Assembly: GCA_963717465.1 (NCBI GenBank)
Contig: OY970340.1
Coordinates: 296,366 to 360,365 of the forward strand
Length of the DNA stretch: 64,000 nucleotides
Direction: 5' to 3'
Source: Candidatus Bathyarchaeota archaeon
GTDB lineage: Archaea; Thermoproteota; Bathyarchaeia; Bathyarchaeales; Bathycorpusculaceae
In this document: positions 41,270-52,548 of the stretch, piece after piece
Layout: each line of letters opens with the position of its first letter
Position numbering within the stretch: position 1 is the first letter of the stretch
Notes under the pieces: model-generated
Databases searched by the model: none
What the model was told of the DNA's origin: nothing
Seen by the model: the letters and a program-made list of their open reading frames with translations, nothing else
Translations under genes and position numbers: made by a program

Positions 41270-42681
41270 CTACAGCCAAGAACAGTGGAGACATTGATGA
41301 AAATAAGGGAAAACTGGAAAGCCGCTTAATCGTTTGAAACAACAATTTTTCCGCTCGGCAAACACACGACAACGTGCCAGCCTTGAGGTAGCAAAGTTTC
41401 CAGTTCCTGTTCGGTTACTAGCCTTTGGCAGTTTTTGCCATCGGCGCATCCCGCCATTACGCGATATCTTTGTGCTTCGCTCTCTTTTGATTTGCTCAAT
41501 TTCTCTGTTGATTGAATCTTTAGAAATCATTACGCATTCTTGAAACAAATCAATGCCTTCCCTGTAAGCAATCCGTTGTATTGCCTCAGCCTCCAAAGTA
41601 ATGTTAGGAATGGCTATTGCAGGCTCTTTACCAACCCATTCAGCTTCAAGCTGTCCGAGTATGTCCTCAGAAAAGTGTCCTGATTGTCGCAGGTTGTCGA
41701 TTGCTACCTTTATTCTAATATCATCTTCGCTCGATACAGCCTTAGTTGTTGTGAATTGTAACAGCGGAACAGCTTCTTTGTATTTTTCTCGAAGCTTCTC
41801 TATTTCAGGCTGTGAGTATGGGCTTTCCTCTTCTCTAACTTTGCGACCTCTAATTTTCTTGCCCAATTCGGGTGAATGCCAACCTCTTCCAGTGCAGTTT
41901 CAACCATTCGCCTGCCATCATGCCATGTAAAGTGCACATTAGCATTTTTTTGATAGTTCCACAATCAAATCACCCATATGATTGTAATTTAGCGGTTAGT
42001 AAGGCTTACATATGTTTCTCCAAACTTTATTCTCTAAGCCTAACCGTCTGCCCATCTTCTTCTCATCCATTCCTTGTAATTCAAGAAGTCACGTTTTACC
42101 TCAGGTTCAAGAAGGCTATCTGTCGCACACCTTTGTATCGTCCTACACCGTTACCTTTCAAAATCTCAGACAGACAACTAATACAAGGCAAATCCTTTAT
42201 TTCCCAATTATCTTCAAAATACTTGAATTTTAGCTCAATCATCGTTTCCTTGGCTAAAGCCTACTGTTGACAAAGCTGATTAGCGATTTATCTCTTAGAT
42301 TTTGAGCATAATCCCACAGTCTCGTAAACCGTCTTTTGAGGGCTTTCGATGTTCCCTCTGCTGGATTAATGTGATTGCGCCTGATAGTCTTGCTAAATCG
42401 CGGTAGCTATGCTTGTAAAAGCTCTTGACGGCTGTAACCATGTTTACTTTGATAGGATTGGTAAATTGAGGAGTTTCAGCAGTAACAAAATCATCCAAAA
42501 GCTGTTCTGCCTCTTTGCTTGCTGGACTATCTTTTAAAGCAAGCAGTTCTGTCGGGTTCTTTTTAGCCCACCTGCAAAACTCCAACAGATAAAAGCAGTT
42601 GGCATTTTTTGATTGCAATTTGCCAACCCAGCGCATAACTTGAGAGATTACGTTGCTTCTTGTTATCTTCTCGCCGCCCAA
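41270..42681 (-). pseudogene. decayed tyrosine recombinase/integrase
   Basis: N-terminal core-binding domain (AVKSFY), NLRDKSLISF box I, KG..RQIAFL, HDGRR (HxxR), NWARK/IRGRK...PY...LREKY catalytic-Tyr region; several frameshifts and an in-frame TGA. Confidence 0.75.
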
Positions 42682-42837
42682 GAAAATTCACCGTCTGCAT
42701 AACCTTCAATATAATAATGACCATAACTTTCGTATAAACGTGCGATAAACATATTCTTATAAAACAAAGCTTTATATTGAAATTAACGGTTTTAGTGACT
42801 ACCTATTTGGATTAGAATAGAGAAAAAGGGAATTAAA

Positions 42838-43233
42838 ATGTCAGTTTGGCATGGCAGTTTGCGCAAAAGAAAACTAACAGGCGGCAAAAAAAGAGCCTAC
42901 CGAGGGAAGAAAAAGTTTGAGCAGGGCGGATTTGCAGCTGAAACAATTCTTGGTGAACCGAAAAGGAAAAGCACACGCGGCTTTGGCGGCAACAGTAAAG
43001 TCAAAGTGTTAAGCGACAAGTTTGCTTCAGTGACCGACCCGAAAAGTGGTAAAATCGAAAAAAGCGAAATTTTACGCGTTGCAAAAAACGCAGCTAATGT
43101 TGATTATAACCGAAGAGGCGTAATAACAAAAGGCGCCGAAATTGAAACAGCATTAGGCTTGGCACGTGTCACTTCTCGCCCAGGCATAGACGGCGTAATA
43201 AACGCGGTCCTAATAAGCAAAGAGAAAAGCTAA
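42838..43233 (+). CDS. rps8e: 30S ribosomal protein S8e
   Basis: RKLTGGK, RGFGGNSK, RRGVITKGA, VTSRPG. Confidence 0.97.
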   Translation: MSVWHGSLRKRKLTGGKKRAYRGKKKFEQGGFAAETILGEPKRKSTRGFGGNSKVKVLSDKFASVTDPKSGKIEKSEILRVAKNAANVDYNRRGVITKGAEIETALGLARVTSRPGIDGVINAVLISKEKS

Positions 43234-43261
43234 ATTTCACTGCTGGCTTGCAGCTTCACTT

Positions 43262-43540
43262 TTAATTTTTAGCTAGTTGTTTTGCTATTTTTTGTATTAT
43301 TTTTTCTTTTGCTTCTTTCTTTTCAACCAGCAGCATTCCTGTTGTAGCCCAAGGTGTTCTGGGATAGTGAGCTTCAAGTTTCACCTCGCTTTTTAAGCCT
43401 AAGCGATCAGCCGCATCTTTAACTTCGGTGATTTTGGGTAATTGCACAGCCAAGTTTTTGGGTACTCGTCTTCCATTTTTTCTAGCTTTAGAGCTATCAA
43501 AGTATACGGGCCAAATTATTACTTTATCGAGTTTACGCAT
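43262..43540 (-). CDS. srp19: signal recognition particle 19 kDa protein
   Basis: IIWPVYFDS...GRRVPK.LAV, YPRTPW. Confidence 0.93.
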   Translation of the reverse strand: MRKLDKVIIWPVYFDSSKARKNGRRVPKNLAVQLPKITEVKDAADRLGLKSEVKLEAHYPRTPWATTGMLLVEKKEAKEKIIQKIAKQLAKN

Positions 43541-43554
43541 TTTTTCACCTTAAA

Positions 43555-45305
43555 TTACTTGTGGGCGTAATAAGCCACCAATTTCTGATCAACTTCATCT
43601 ACTTTGGCGAATCCGAACCGTTCAAACTGAATAATAGTTTGCGGCTTTAAGTTTTTGCAGGCGCTCTCAGCATACCCTTCAACAATTGATGCATCAGGCA
43701 TCACCACTTGGCAACTGAACGTTTGCTCGTGTGGTATCCACTGTATAAGTTGCGGCTTAATTTTTCTAATTTCCTCATAAGACTCGCTTTCAAACAACGC
43801 CTCAACTATGCCGCTTTTTTCGCCCACTATTTTGATGTTGAACAATTCCATAAGCCTAACTATTTTATCCTTCTCCATTGCTTGCGCGTCTTTTCTTGAA
43901 ATCCAAAAACACACAAGCCCATCTTCTTGTTTCGGCGTTACAGTGTATTCTCTGAATCCTCGTTCAGCTGTTCAGGATGCAACGGCAATTTTGCGTGGAA
44001 AGCCTTTGGAACCTGCCTAACTTTTAATTCCACTGGCTCTGGAACAAAGAAGTATCTGTCGCTTGTGGCGTCAAGGATTTTGCGGTTGTAGGCATACAGG
44101 TTTTCCCAGCTTAATGTGACATCGTTTGTTTTTGGTCCAACGTCGATTATCATTTTTTTGATGGCTTCAGGTGTGATTCCGCGTTTGCGCAAAGCGGCAA
44201 AGGTGCCGAGTCGTGGGTCATCAAAGCCTTTGTAGATGCCTTCATTTATACCTTGAATAATTTTTGATTTGCTCAGGAATGCCCCTGTTATTTTCAGTCT
44301 GCCATAATGAATTGCTTCAGGATACGTCCAACCGAGATACTGATACATGTATTTTTGCCGAACCATGTTCGTTAAATGTTCTTTACCTCGAATAATATGC
44401 GTCATGCCCATCAAATGATCGTCTAACCCAGCTGCCAAATTATAAAGAGGCCATAGAACGTATTTGCTTCCAACTCTTGGATGAGGATACTTTTTTGTGT
44501 CAATAATTCGCAGCGCAGGCCAATCTCTAACTGCAGGGTTTGGATGATTTAAATCAGTTTTGACTCTCACAACAGCTTGACCCTCAGAGTAACCGCCATT
44601 TAACATCTGTTTCCAACGTTCCAAATTCTCCGCAGAAGCTTTGTCTCGGCAGGGGCATGGTTGCATAGCTATCGTTTTTTTCCTAAACTCTTCTGAGGGG
44701 CAAACGCAAACGTAAGCGTTACCATCAGCAATTAGCTTTTCAGCGTACTCGTAATATATGGGCAATCGGTCACTTTGAATGTACTCTTCATCGATTTTGC
44801 AGCCAAGCCACTTCAAGTCTTGCCTGATGCTTTCATAGAATTTCAATGATGGCTTCTTTACTTTTGGATCCGTATCTTCAAAGCGCAGAATAAATTTGCC
44901 ATTGTACATGCGAGCGTACTCGTGGCTTAATATTATGGCTCTTGCTGAACCTAAATGTAAGACGCAATCAGGGTTTGGAGAAAAGCGAGTAATCACCTGA
45001 GCGTATTTTTCAGCGTTTGGCAATGGTGGCAAACGTTTCTCTTCGACGTTTTCTTTCTTTTGAGTTTCAGGCCAGTTTTTCTCAATAATGCTTTTTTGCT
45101 CTGAAACCGATAGAGCATTGACTTCATTAACAACTGTTGCGATTACGCTGGATAACTCTTTTACTTTTGACCGGAGCTCCTGTTTTTCGCCTAAGATTTT
45201 GCCGACTATTGCTCCTGCCTGAGCCTTGCCGTCGTGTTGAACTGCATTTAGCAAGACGAGTTTTCGAATAAATTCTCTAAGTTCAGCGTCATTTTCAAGT
45301 GCCAA
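43555..45305 (-). CDS. gltX: glutamyl-tRNA synthetase (archaeal type), one frameshift near 43950
   Basis: RFSPNP, HLGS, LRFEDTDP, THIIRGKEH, LSKS, C-terminal QFERFGF. Confidence 0.95.
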
Positions 45306-45321
45306 CTTTTGCGCCTACTGA

Positions 45322-46394
45322 TTACATGGTTCTTTTAATCAAGAATTCAGCGAATGCTTTTAATTTTTCCTTAGCTTGTGGAGTGGGCAAAAGTTTTTCC
45401 ACTTCAATCCAGCTTTCTTTGACAATTCTTTCAGCTGCAAGTTTAGCATCTTCAATGGCGTTATATTTTTGAATCAAAGAGATGGCTTCATCTCGCAAAG
45501 CTTGATCCGAACTATGCATGTTAAGAATTTCGACTAAGTCGTTTCTTATCTGAACTACTGGCTTTTTTGAGTGCATAAAGGATTATTATGGTTCTTTTGC
45601 CTTCAGTGATATCCTGCCCGACTCCGCCCTTGTTCTTGGCAAATTCTTTCCCAGTTAAATCCAGAACATCATCTTGGATTTGAAACGCAACACCGAGGCT
45701 TTCAGCGAAACGTCCAAGTTTATCCGTTAACTCGCGAGTTCCGCCTGCTAAGACTGATGCCATTTTTGCTGCCATACGTGCTAGTGTGCCTGTTTTGTAA
45801 GCGCACATTTGAAGATAATCTTCTTCAGCATACTTCGTCTGCGTTAGCTATGCCTCTGTGCCAAGCTATGTCCATTGCTTGACCCATACTAAGGTTAATC
45901 ATTTCTTGAACGTAAATCTCGTAAATATCACAAAGTACTTCTTTGGGCAATTTTACTGTTTTCTGCATCAGTGTTAAGAAAGGCAAATAGTACATTGCGT
46001 TGCCAACATTTACTGATATGTCTAAGCCGAAAATCTTGTATGTGCAAGGTTTTCCGCGGCGCAATTCTGAGGAGTCTTGTATATCATCAATTACGAGAGT
46101 GCCGTTGTGGACTACTTCTGGAATTATTGAAAAATCGACCCAATAATCAGGATTTTTACCCAACGTTTCGCAAATCAGTAAGAAAAGCGCGGGGCGCCAT
46201 CTTTTCCCACCTCTATCGAGCATGTCCCAGATTGGCGTTGCAATAGCTTTATTCAAGGGTTCCAAATTGTAACTGTACATTGGCGGATTAACCTCGAATA
46301 AAATCGCGTTTTTTGAGAATTCTCTGGGAAGGTATTTTTCAATGGCTTTATCGATTAATGGTGCTTTCTCTTCAAGAAACTTTGCAACGTTCAA
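45322..46394 (-). CDS. geranylgeranyl diphosphate synthase (polyprenyl synthetase), two frameshifts
   Basis: GGKRWRP, DDIQDSSELRRG (FARM), GQAMD, KTG, FQIQDDVLD (SARM), DITEGK. Confidence 0.92.
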
Positions 46395-46396
46395 TC

Positions 46397-47494
46397 TTAT
46401 GCTCCTCGTTTCGCGTATTTCTCTACGTTGAAGCCTCTTGTTTTTAGCCACTCTGCTGTTTTTCCAGTAACTACAACTGGAGCCTTTGGCAGGGTGCTAA
46501 TTTTTTGTGCTCCGACAAGAAACATGGAAGTTCGTAATTCCTCAATTAATTTTAACAGTTTAGCCTCAGTTTCTTTTAAACTTTTAACCGCAGTTTCAAG
46601 TATTGGCTGAGAGATACTTGCTAAGCAAGCGTTAAGCGCTAGAGCCTTAGCAACATCGATTCCGCTGCGCAGGCCACCTGAAGCAATAATCGGCAACTTT
46701 ACCGTTTGCGCAGTCTCGACGAGGCTTACCGCAGTTGGCACTCCCCAATCCCAGAAGGCTTCGGCTAAATCATGCTGTACACTGTCTTGACTATTTGAAC
46801 GGTAGTATTCAACTGCTGAAAAACTTGTTCCCCCAACGCCGCTGACATCTATAGCTTTCACACCTGCAGTCTCAAGCGCTCTTGCAGTTTCAGCGGAAAT
46901 ACCCGCGCCTGTTTCTTTGACGATAACTGGCTTGTCAAGGTTCCCTGCGATTTCACTTATCTTTGACAGGACACTCTTGAATTCGGTTTGGCCTTCAGGT
47001 TGAACAGCTTCCTGCAACGCGTTCAAGTGCACAGCTAAAGCATCAGCATCGATCATTTCAATTATTTTCTTAACTTCCTTTAAGCCATAGCCGTGAGCAA
47101 ATTGTACCCCGCCAATGTTGGCAATTAAGAAGGCATTAGGCGCTTTTTTACGCGTTATGGAAAAAGTTTTTTTTAAGCTTTTGTCTTCAATTGCGGCTCT
47201 TTGGCTTCCAACACCCATGCCTAACCCCAAATGTTCTACTGCCTCAGCGATTGACGCGTTGATTTGAAGAGCCCGCTCAGTTCCACCTGTCATGGCACCG
47301 ACGATTATAGGCGCTGACAATTTTTTACCCAAAAAAGACGTGGATAATTCAATGTCTTTTCGATTAATTTCTGGCAAGGCACGATGAATAAAATGAATAT
47401 CTTCAAAACCGGTTGTTACTGTTTTAGCTTGGATGTTTTTTTCCAGAGATATTTTTATATGTTCATCTTTTCGTGTCCTCGTTGCCTGGACCAA
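46397..47494 (-). CDS. fni: type 2 isopentenyl-diphosphate delta-isomerase
   Basis: RKDEHI, MTGG, GVGSQR, HLNALQEAVQPEG, VKETG, GGTSF. Confidence 0.96.
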   Translation of the reverse strand: MVQATRTRKDEHIKISLEKNIQAKTVTTGFEDIHFIHRALPEINRKDIELSTSFLGKKLSAPIIVGAMTGGTERALQINASIAEAVEHLGLGMGVGSQRAAIEDKSLKKTFSITRKKAPNAFLIANIGGVQFAHGYGLKEVKKIIEMIDADALAVHLNALQEAVQPEGQTEFKSVLSKISEIAGNLDKPVIVKETGAGISAETARALETAGVKAIDVSGVGGTSFSAVEYYRSNSQDSVQHDLAEAFWDWGVPTAVSLVETAQTVKLPIIASGGLRSGIDVAKALALNACLASISQPILETAVKSLKETEAKLLKLIEELRTSMFLVGAQKISTLPKAPVVVTGKTAEWLKTRGFNVEKYAKRGA

Positions 47495-47496
47495 TT

Positions 47497-48300
47497 TTAC
47501 GCCTTCTCGATAACAGTGCCTAAAACGCTTTGGTCAGTTAATGCCCGGAAGATAGATAACGATTTTGTTGCACCTGTAATGGTTACTGGAATACCCTGCT
47601 CTACTGCTGGAATCAATTCAGCAATTTTGCCCTGCATTCCGCCGGTAACGTCTTTTCCAGCAGCTTTACCCAGCTTGGGCTGAATTTTCTTTAACTCCTC
47701 TAAAGTTAAGTGCTTGTATGGTTTAGCGTTCGAGTTTTCTTTAGGATCTGCATCAAATAAGCCATCAGTATCAGCGCCAATAATAATTTTTGAAGCATTG
47801 TACCTAAGAGCCAGATAAGTTACCAGTTGGTCGCCGCTTAGTATCGTGAAGCCCAACTTGTAATCTAACACTGCGTCGCCGTAAAACACTGGGGTGAAAG
47901 TCATTTTCATCATGCTTTTCAAGACGGTTTCATCAAATGTCTTGACTTTGCCGTTCTCCGTGATGAAACATGATGATGGCGCGATGCTTATTGCTGGAAT
48001 TTCATGCCAGATAAGAGCGTCCATGACTAAACCGTTAAGAACAGTCATCACGTGGTGGGTTTCTGCGAAGCCTAGTTTCTGCGTCGGGTCCTCTTTGTAG
48101 CCGTCTTTGATACCGTATTTCTGGGCTGTTGGATGACCAAAACTTCCGCCGCCGTGCACAATTATCAAGTTATCTAGGTCTGCTCTTTTTATTTCTTCAG
48201 CTAAACGATTTATTATTTCGGTTTTAGCGGCTAATTCTCCGCTTTTATCGGTGATTGCGGAGCCGCCGATTTTCAAGATTATTGGTTTTGCTTGGTTCAT
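47497..48300 (-). CDS. isopentenyl phosphate kinase
   Basis: KIGGSAITDK, HGGGSFGHP, SGDQL, DVTGGM. Confidence 0.93.
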   Translation of the reverse strand: MNQAKPIILKIGGSAITDKSGELAAKTEIINRLAEEIKRADLDNLIIVHGGGSFGHPTAQKYGIKDGYKEDPTQKLGFAETHHVMTVLNGLVMDALIWHEIPAISIAPSSCFITENGKVKTFDETVLKSMMKMTFTPVFYGDAVLDYKLGFTILSGDQLVTYLALRYNASKIIIGADTDGLFDADPKENSNAKPYKHLTLEELKKIQPKLGKAAGKDVTGGMQGKIAELIPAVEQGIPVTITGATKSLSIFRALTDQSVLGTVIEKA

Positions 48301-48341
48301 CCAGTATCACCCTACATTTACAATGTTCTGCTAGATTAATT

Positions 48342-48728
48342 TTACAGTAGTGAGACTACTTCATTCTCAACTTTTACCCTATTGCCAGTCTTAATCTTGC
48401 TGGTTTCTATCTTATCGACACATGGAATTTCACTTATTATTGCGCCAACAGCCACCACGGTTTCACATTCCTTGTTAATTATCGCAGCTGGAGCAGTTTT
48501 ATTCTTTTTCATCCTATAAAGCGTATAGGAGCCGACTGTGCTGCCTTTGCCGGTGGGAAACACCAATATTTTATCCTTAACGCTTATTCCTTGAAGTTCA
48601 TGCCCCTTCTCAATCACAACACCTGAATTGGGATCTACGCCGCCGTAGAAGGATATGGGCATAGAAGTAACCAGTGCTTCGCCTTCGCTTTTTCCTTTTG
48701 AAATTAATCTTCCCTTTAACTGCTCCAT
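48342..48728 (-). CDS. phosphomevalonate dehydratase small subunit (AcnX swivel, DUF126)
   Basis: ISFYGGVDP, GKGSTVGSY. Confidence 0.92.
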   Translation of the reverse strand: MEQLKGRLISKGKSEGEALVTSMPISFYGGVDPNSGVVIEKGHELQGISVKDKILVFPTGKGSTVGSYTLYRMKKNKTAPAAIINKECETVVAVGAIISEIPCVDKIETSKIKTGNRVKVENEVVSLL

Positions 48729-49915
48729 TTTCCAGTCACCGCTGATTGGACGCATTCCTCCATGCTGCCCATTTTTGTTTTCATAGCGTTCTGCCGTGAG
48801 TAAAAGCAGCCTTTAGCCGAAGTAGTTGCTAACGATTTGAACCTGCCTTTCAGTGGAGCCACAGCCATGCAGGTATCACAAGCAAATTTTCCTCCTGCCG
48901 CTTCAATTACTTTTGTGTAACCGCGTTTATCAGCAAGCTGCTTGGCGGTTCTTGAAGTAGCAACCCAAAACTCTGTGCCCCTGGCAACTTTCTTGCCTGC
49001 TAACAAATCGGCGATCTGCTCAATTTCTTTTATTGAACAATGAGGGCACCCGACACAGACCAACTCAATTTCAGACACTTCATCATTGATATTGGCATAA
49101 GCATCTTTAATGTCAGAAGATTCCACTAGGACTTTTTCTTTTGGTTCAGATTGTAATTCAGCTGCAGGCGTTATGCCTTTAATGTAGAAAAGCGGTTTAG
49201 CACCATAAGTCACAACTGAAGCACAAAAAGACTTAAGCTCATCAAGTTCCGCAGACTTTATGCCAGTTATATAGGGAATCTTGTTCTCAGCTTTTTTCCC
49301 AATAGCATATCCCAGTGCACCCCAGTCAGATAACTTTGTTAATTCTGTTTTGACTTGCACATGAACGTCGGGAACTCGGTTCTCGTCTAAGTGCAGACCG
49401 TAACAGGGCGTTTTGCCGACAAATGCGGCTGCCAACGCGGATGGACCGCCTTCACGGTTAGTTTTTGCGCCCAGAACTGAGTTTGCGAAGGTTACTGCGC
49501 TGCTTTCTGACCATGCAACATGTTCACCGTAAAGTGGCAGGTTGCCGATTAGGTATGGTGTGCATGTGCAGCTGATTAGTATGCCCATTTTTTGGAAGGC
49601 TTCGATTACAAGGTTTTGTTTTTCAGCGAACTCGGGGCTTATGCCTAATTCACGCCAGTTCTCTAAATCCATGCCTGCTGGGTTTAGGGTTGTTAATACT
49701 TTGACTTTGCCGTCAGCAGCTAACTCGTTTAAAAATTCTAATCCTGCGTCGCCAAGGTTGTGGTAGGAGACGCCGGCAACTTGTACACTGCCAACTTTGA
49801 TTAGGCTTTCAGCACCGTAAATGTCGCCTAATGCAACTAGAATTTCCATGCTTTTACGTACTGCATAGCCTTGTTTGCCTTTGAGCATTTCTTGTTCTTG
49901 CTTAGTTAGGTGCAT
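48716..49915 (-). CDS. phosphomevalonate dehydratase large subunit (AcnX, DUF521)
   Basis: GVSY, TLNP, CTCTPY, WSESSA, NREGGP, GCPHCS, DTCM. Confidence 0.92.
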   Translation of the reverse strand: MHLTKQEQEMLKGKQGYAVRKSMEILVALGDIYGAESLIKVGSVQVAGVSYHNLGDAGLEFLNELAADGKVKVLTTLNPAGMDLENWRELGISPEFAEKQNLVIEAFQKMGILISCTCTPYLIGNLPLYGEHVAWSESSAVTFANSVLGAKTNREGGPSALAAAFVGKTPCYGLHLDENRVPDVHVQVKTELTKLSDWGALGYAIGKKAENKIPYITGIKSAELDELKSFCASVVTYGAKPLFYIKGITPAAELQSEPKEKVLVESSDIKDAYANINDEVSEIELVCVGCPHCSIKEIEQIADLLAGKKVARGTEFWVATSRTAKQLADKRGYTKVIEAAGGKFACDTCMAVAPLKGRFKSLATTSAKGCFYSRQNAMKTKMGSMEECVQSAVTGKWSS

Positions 49916-49922
49916 AATGTGG

Positions 49923-51233
49923 TCACAGGTACTTGTTTAAGTCAACTTTTCGGTACGTTTCCTTGCCGAACCCCTTTTCTGTTTTCCCGAATGGAACTGT
50001 AGCGTCTAAACCTGCTTTGGCAGTGGTGGCTTTTTTGCCCTCTGTTAAATCTCCTGACGGGTCAAGCGAGGATCCACCCTGGTTAGAAAGGATAACAGAA
50101 TTTTTGTCCGCTTGGAACCTTGTGGCAATTGCCCATTCAACGTCGTGAGGGTCATAAATGTTTATATCTTCATCCACTACCACGCAGTGTTTCAGGGACT
50201 TGTGGCCTTCAAAAGCTGCAGCAATCGCTTTTTTGCCGTCATCAGCATTCTGCTTCTTTATTTGCACTACAGCATGTAGCCAACTGCATCCGCCAGGCGT
50301 GATGTAGACGTCTTTGCATTGGCAGACCTTGTTAACCTCGTTGAATATGGTTGGTTCCTTAGGCATACCCATAAGAAACTTATGTTCGTTTCTTCCCGCC
50401 AAAATAGTTTGGTAAATCGGGTTCTTGCGGTGGGTCATGCATTTGATTTCTATGATTGGCTGTTGTCTAACACGGTCTTCGATGCCTGTGAGGTCTAAAA
50501 AGGGTCCTTCAGAAACTTTTTCTTTGGTTATTCTTCCTTCCAGAATAATTTCTGAATCTTTTGGAACTTCAAGATCGATTTTTTTGCATTTTACTAGGTC
50601 GGTTTTTTCTAGCGCGTTTGCCATGCCAAGCTCATCAACACCATTAGGCAAGGTGGTAGCGGCTGCGAGAAGAATAGCGGTTGAGTTGCCAATGCAAATG
50701 GCAATGTCGAGTTCTCCTCCGGCCTTTTTGAGTGCGCTGTCTGTTCCGCGGTTTTCCACTATGCGTGCCACAAAATGATTCTTATCCAGGAGCATTAAGC
50801 GGTGGAAGCACATGTTTCGGCTTTTGAACTCAGGATCCTTTATGATGGAGACGGCTGAGGCAATGTATTTTCCCCCATCCTTCTCCGTATACTTCATTAT
50901 CGGGAGCTTGGTTAAATCAACATTTGACTCGACTACTTCTTGGCACTCGCCAGTCTTCTCCACTTGCGGCGGCTTCGGATGCTCAATCGCGCTCGATAAC
51001 TTGGGCAGCAACAGGTCCTTTTTTGCGCCTAAGGCTTGAGCTATCAATTCTTTAGAAGATATGAGCCCCGCAACGACGGGAATGTTGGATTCCTTGATTT
51101 TTTCGAAAAACACGGGTTTCTCGCCTAACGCCTCAACGATACCCGCCAATTCGAACTCTGCTGAAACTGGTTTACGTATCCTTGTTAATTCGCCCTTCTT
51201 GTCCAGTGCATTAATAAAGCTTCTAAAACCCAT
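49923..51233 (-). CDS. UbiD-family decarboxylase (trans-anhydromevalonate phosphate decarboxylase)
   Basis: DGGKYI, FHRL, EGPF, GGCSWLH, VVDEDI, WAIATRFQ, SSLDPS; sits inside the MVA operon. Confidence 0.9.
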   Translation of the reverse strand: MGFRSFINALDKKGELTRIRKPVSAEFELAGIVEALGEKPVFFEKIKESNIPVVAGLISSKELIAQALGAKKDLLLPKLSSAIEHPKPPQVEKTGECQEVVESNVDLTKLPIMKYTEKDGGKYIASAVSIIKDPEFKSRNMCFHRLMLLDKNHFVARIVENRGTDSALKKAGGELDIAICIGNSTAILLAAATTLPNGVDELGMANALEKTDLVKCKKIDLEVPKDSEIILEGRITKEKVSEGPFLDLTGIEDRVRQQPIIEIKCMTHRKNPIYQTILAGRNEHKFLMGMPKEPTIFNEVNKVCQCKDVYITPGGCSWLHAVVQIKKQNADDGKKAIAAAFEGHKSLKHCVVVDEDINIYDPHDVEWAIATRFQADKNSVILSNQGGSSLDPSGDLTEGKKATTAKAGLDATVPFGKTEKGFGKETYRKVDLNKYL

Positions 51234-51274
51234 AAGCGAACTCAACCTACATGGCTTAATCATTTTCTAAACGT

Positions 51275-52219
51275 TTATAGTTTTTCGACGCCGATCTTTG
51301 TCCGCAGCACTTCAAAGCCTAACTTCTGAATGGCGCTTGCAACTTTATCCTGCAAATCTTTCCCAGGAGTCAGGGCAGTCATGCATCCACCGCCCCCTCC
51401 GCCTGTAAGTTTAGCTCCAAGGGCGCCTTCTTTACGGGCAACATCCACCAGCAAGTCAAGTTCTTTGCTTGAAACCTCAATCTCTTGCAGTAACCGATGA
51501 TTCTCATTCATGATTGCGCCGACTTTTTTTAAGTCGTATTCTTCTAAAGCTTTCCGTCCAGCGTACGCTAACTCTTCAGCTCGCTTGAAGAGGGGGTTGT
51601 ATCTTTGCGGGTTATTCTTTTTGCGTTCGGCGACACCTTCAACCATGACTTTAGTGTTCGCCACTTTACCTGTGCTACCGATGATGATTTCGATAGGTTC
51701 ACGAATACCAAGATGCTCAACGTCATCTGGTCCACCAGCCGTGTTCTTCATAAACCAGAGTAAGCCGCCGTATGTTGCCGCAGTGTTATCTATGCCTGAA
51801 GGGTTTCCAGCATAGGCTTTCTCGGCTTCATAAGCAATTTGATTAATTTCATCATCTGAGACCTTCATGTCTAACTCTTGGGCGATAGCTCTTGCGATAG
51901 CCACGCTACTTGCTGCTGAAGCACCAAGCCCACTAAAGCCTGGAAGACTACCTCCAATCCAAATACTTAAAGAAATTTTTGGGTCAAACCCCATAGATTT
52001 AAGCATACGCTGTATGGATTCAATTTGTTGAAGACGCTTTTCTTCAGCATAACCTTTGCTGGCTAACCGTTCATCCTTAATTTTTAAGCCCCCACTTGAA
52101 GCCTTAGTGACAATAGCGTCTGTTGTTGAGTCAATAGCTGAAACAACGCCTGGAACACCATGAACCACAAAATGTTCCCCGAACAAAATTACTTTTCCAT
52201 ACCCTGAACCTTTACCCAT
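51275..52219 (-). CDS. mvk: mevalonate kinase
   Basis: GKVILFGEHFVVHG, GLGASAA, PSGIDN, KLTGGGGGG. Confidence 0.95.
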   Translation of the reverse strand: MGKGSGYGKVILFGEHFVVHGVPGVVSAIDSTTDAIVTKASSGGLKIKDERLASKGYAEEKRLQQIESIQRMLKSMGFDPKISLSIWIGGSLPGFSGLGASAASSVAIARAIAQELDMKVSDDEINQIAYEAEKAYAGNPSGIDNTAATYGGLLWFMKNTAGGPDDVEHLGIREPIEIIIGSTGKVANTKVMVEGVAERKKNNPQRYNPLFKRAEELAYAGRKALEEYDLKKVGAIMNENHRLLQEIEVSSKELDLLVDVARKEGALGAKLTGGGGGGCMTALTPGKDLQDKVASAIQKLGFEVLRTKIGVEKL

Positions 52220-52548
52220 GCAGTTTATCCCTAAAGGGCATTGTATTGGCTCTTTGAGATAAAAGTTTTCGCAAATTTCGCCCTTTTCTCACATTTTCTC
52301 GCCAGTTTTGACAAAGCAGTCAGTACCAATGCGCTTAGTTGGTTGTTAAGCAATATAGATAATGAAGTCAAAGAAAAAGATAGAATTGAACAGATTAAGC
52401 AATAATTACTAAGTGATGAAGCTATTGGCGATGCATTTGTTTATAATATTACTTTAGTTCAGTCATCAGACAGGCTCAAACAAATCCTACTTCATCGCAC
52501 AAAATAAAGACAAACAAAAAAAGAAATAAGAAGAAATAATTAAAAGTC

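Noticed and set aside
24893-46394. Frameshifts in smc, scpB, the histidine kinase, gltX and GGPPS as programmed frameshifting or true pseudogenes
   Set aside because: They are numerous, hit essential genes and often fall near short homopolymer runs; uncorrected sequencing or assembly indels are the simplest explanation.
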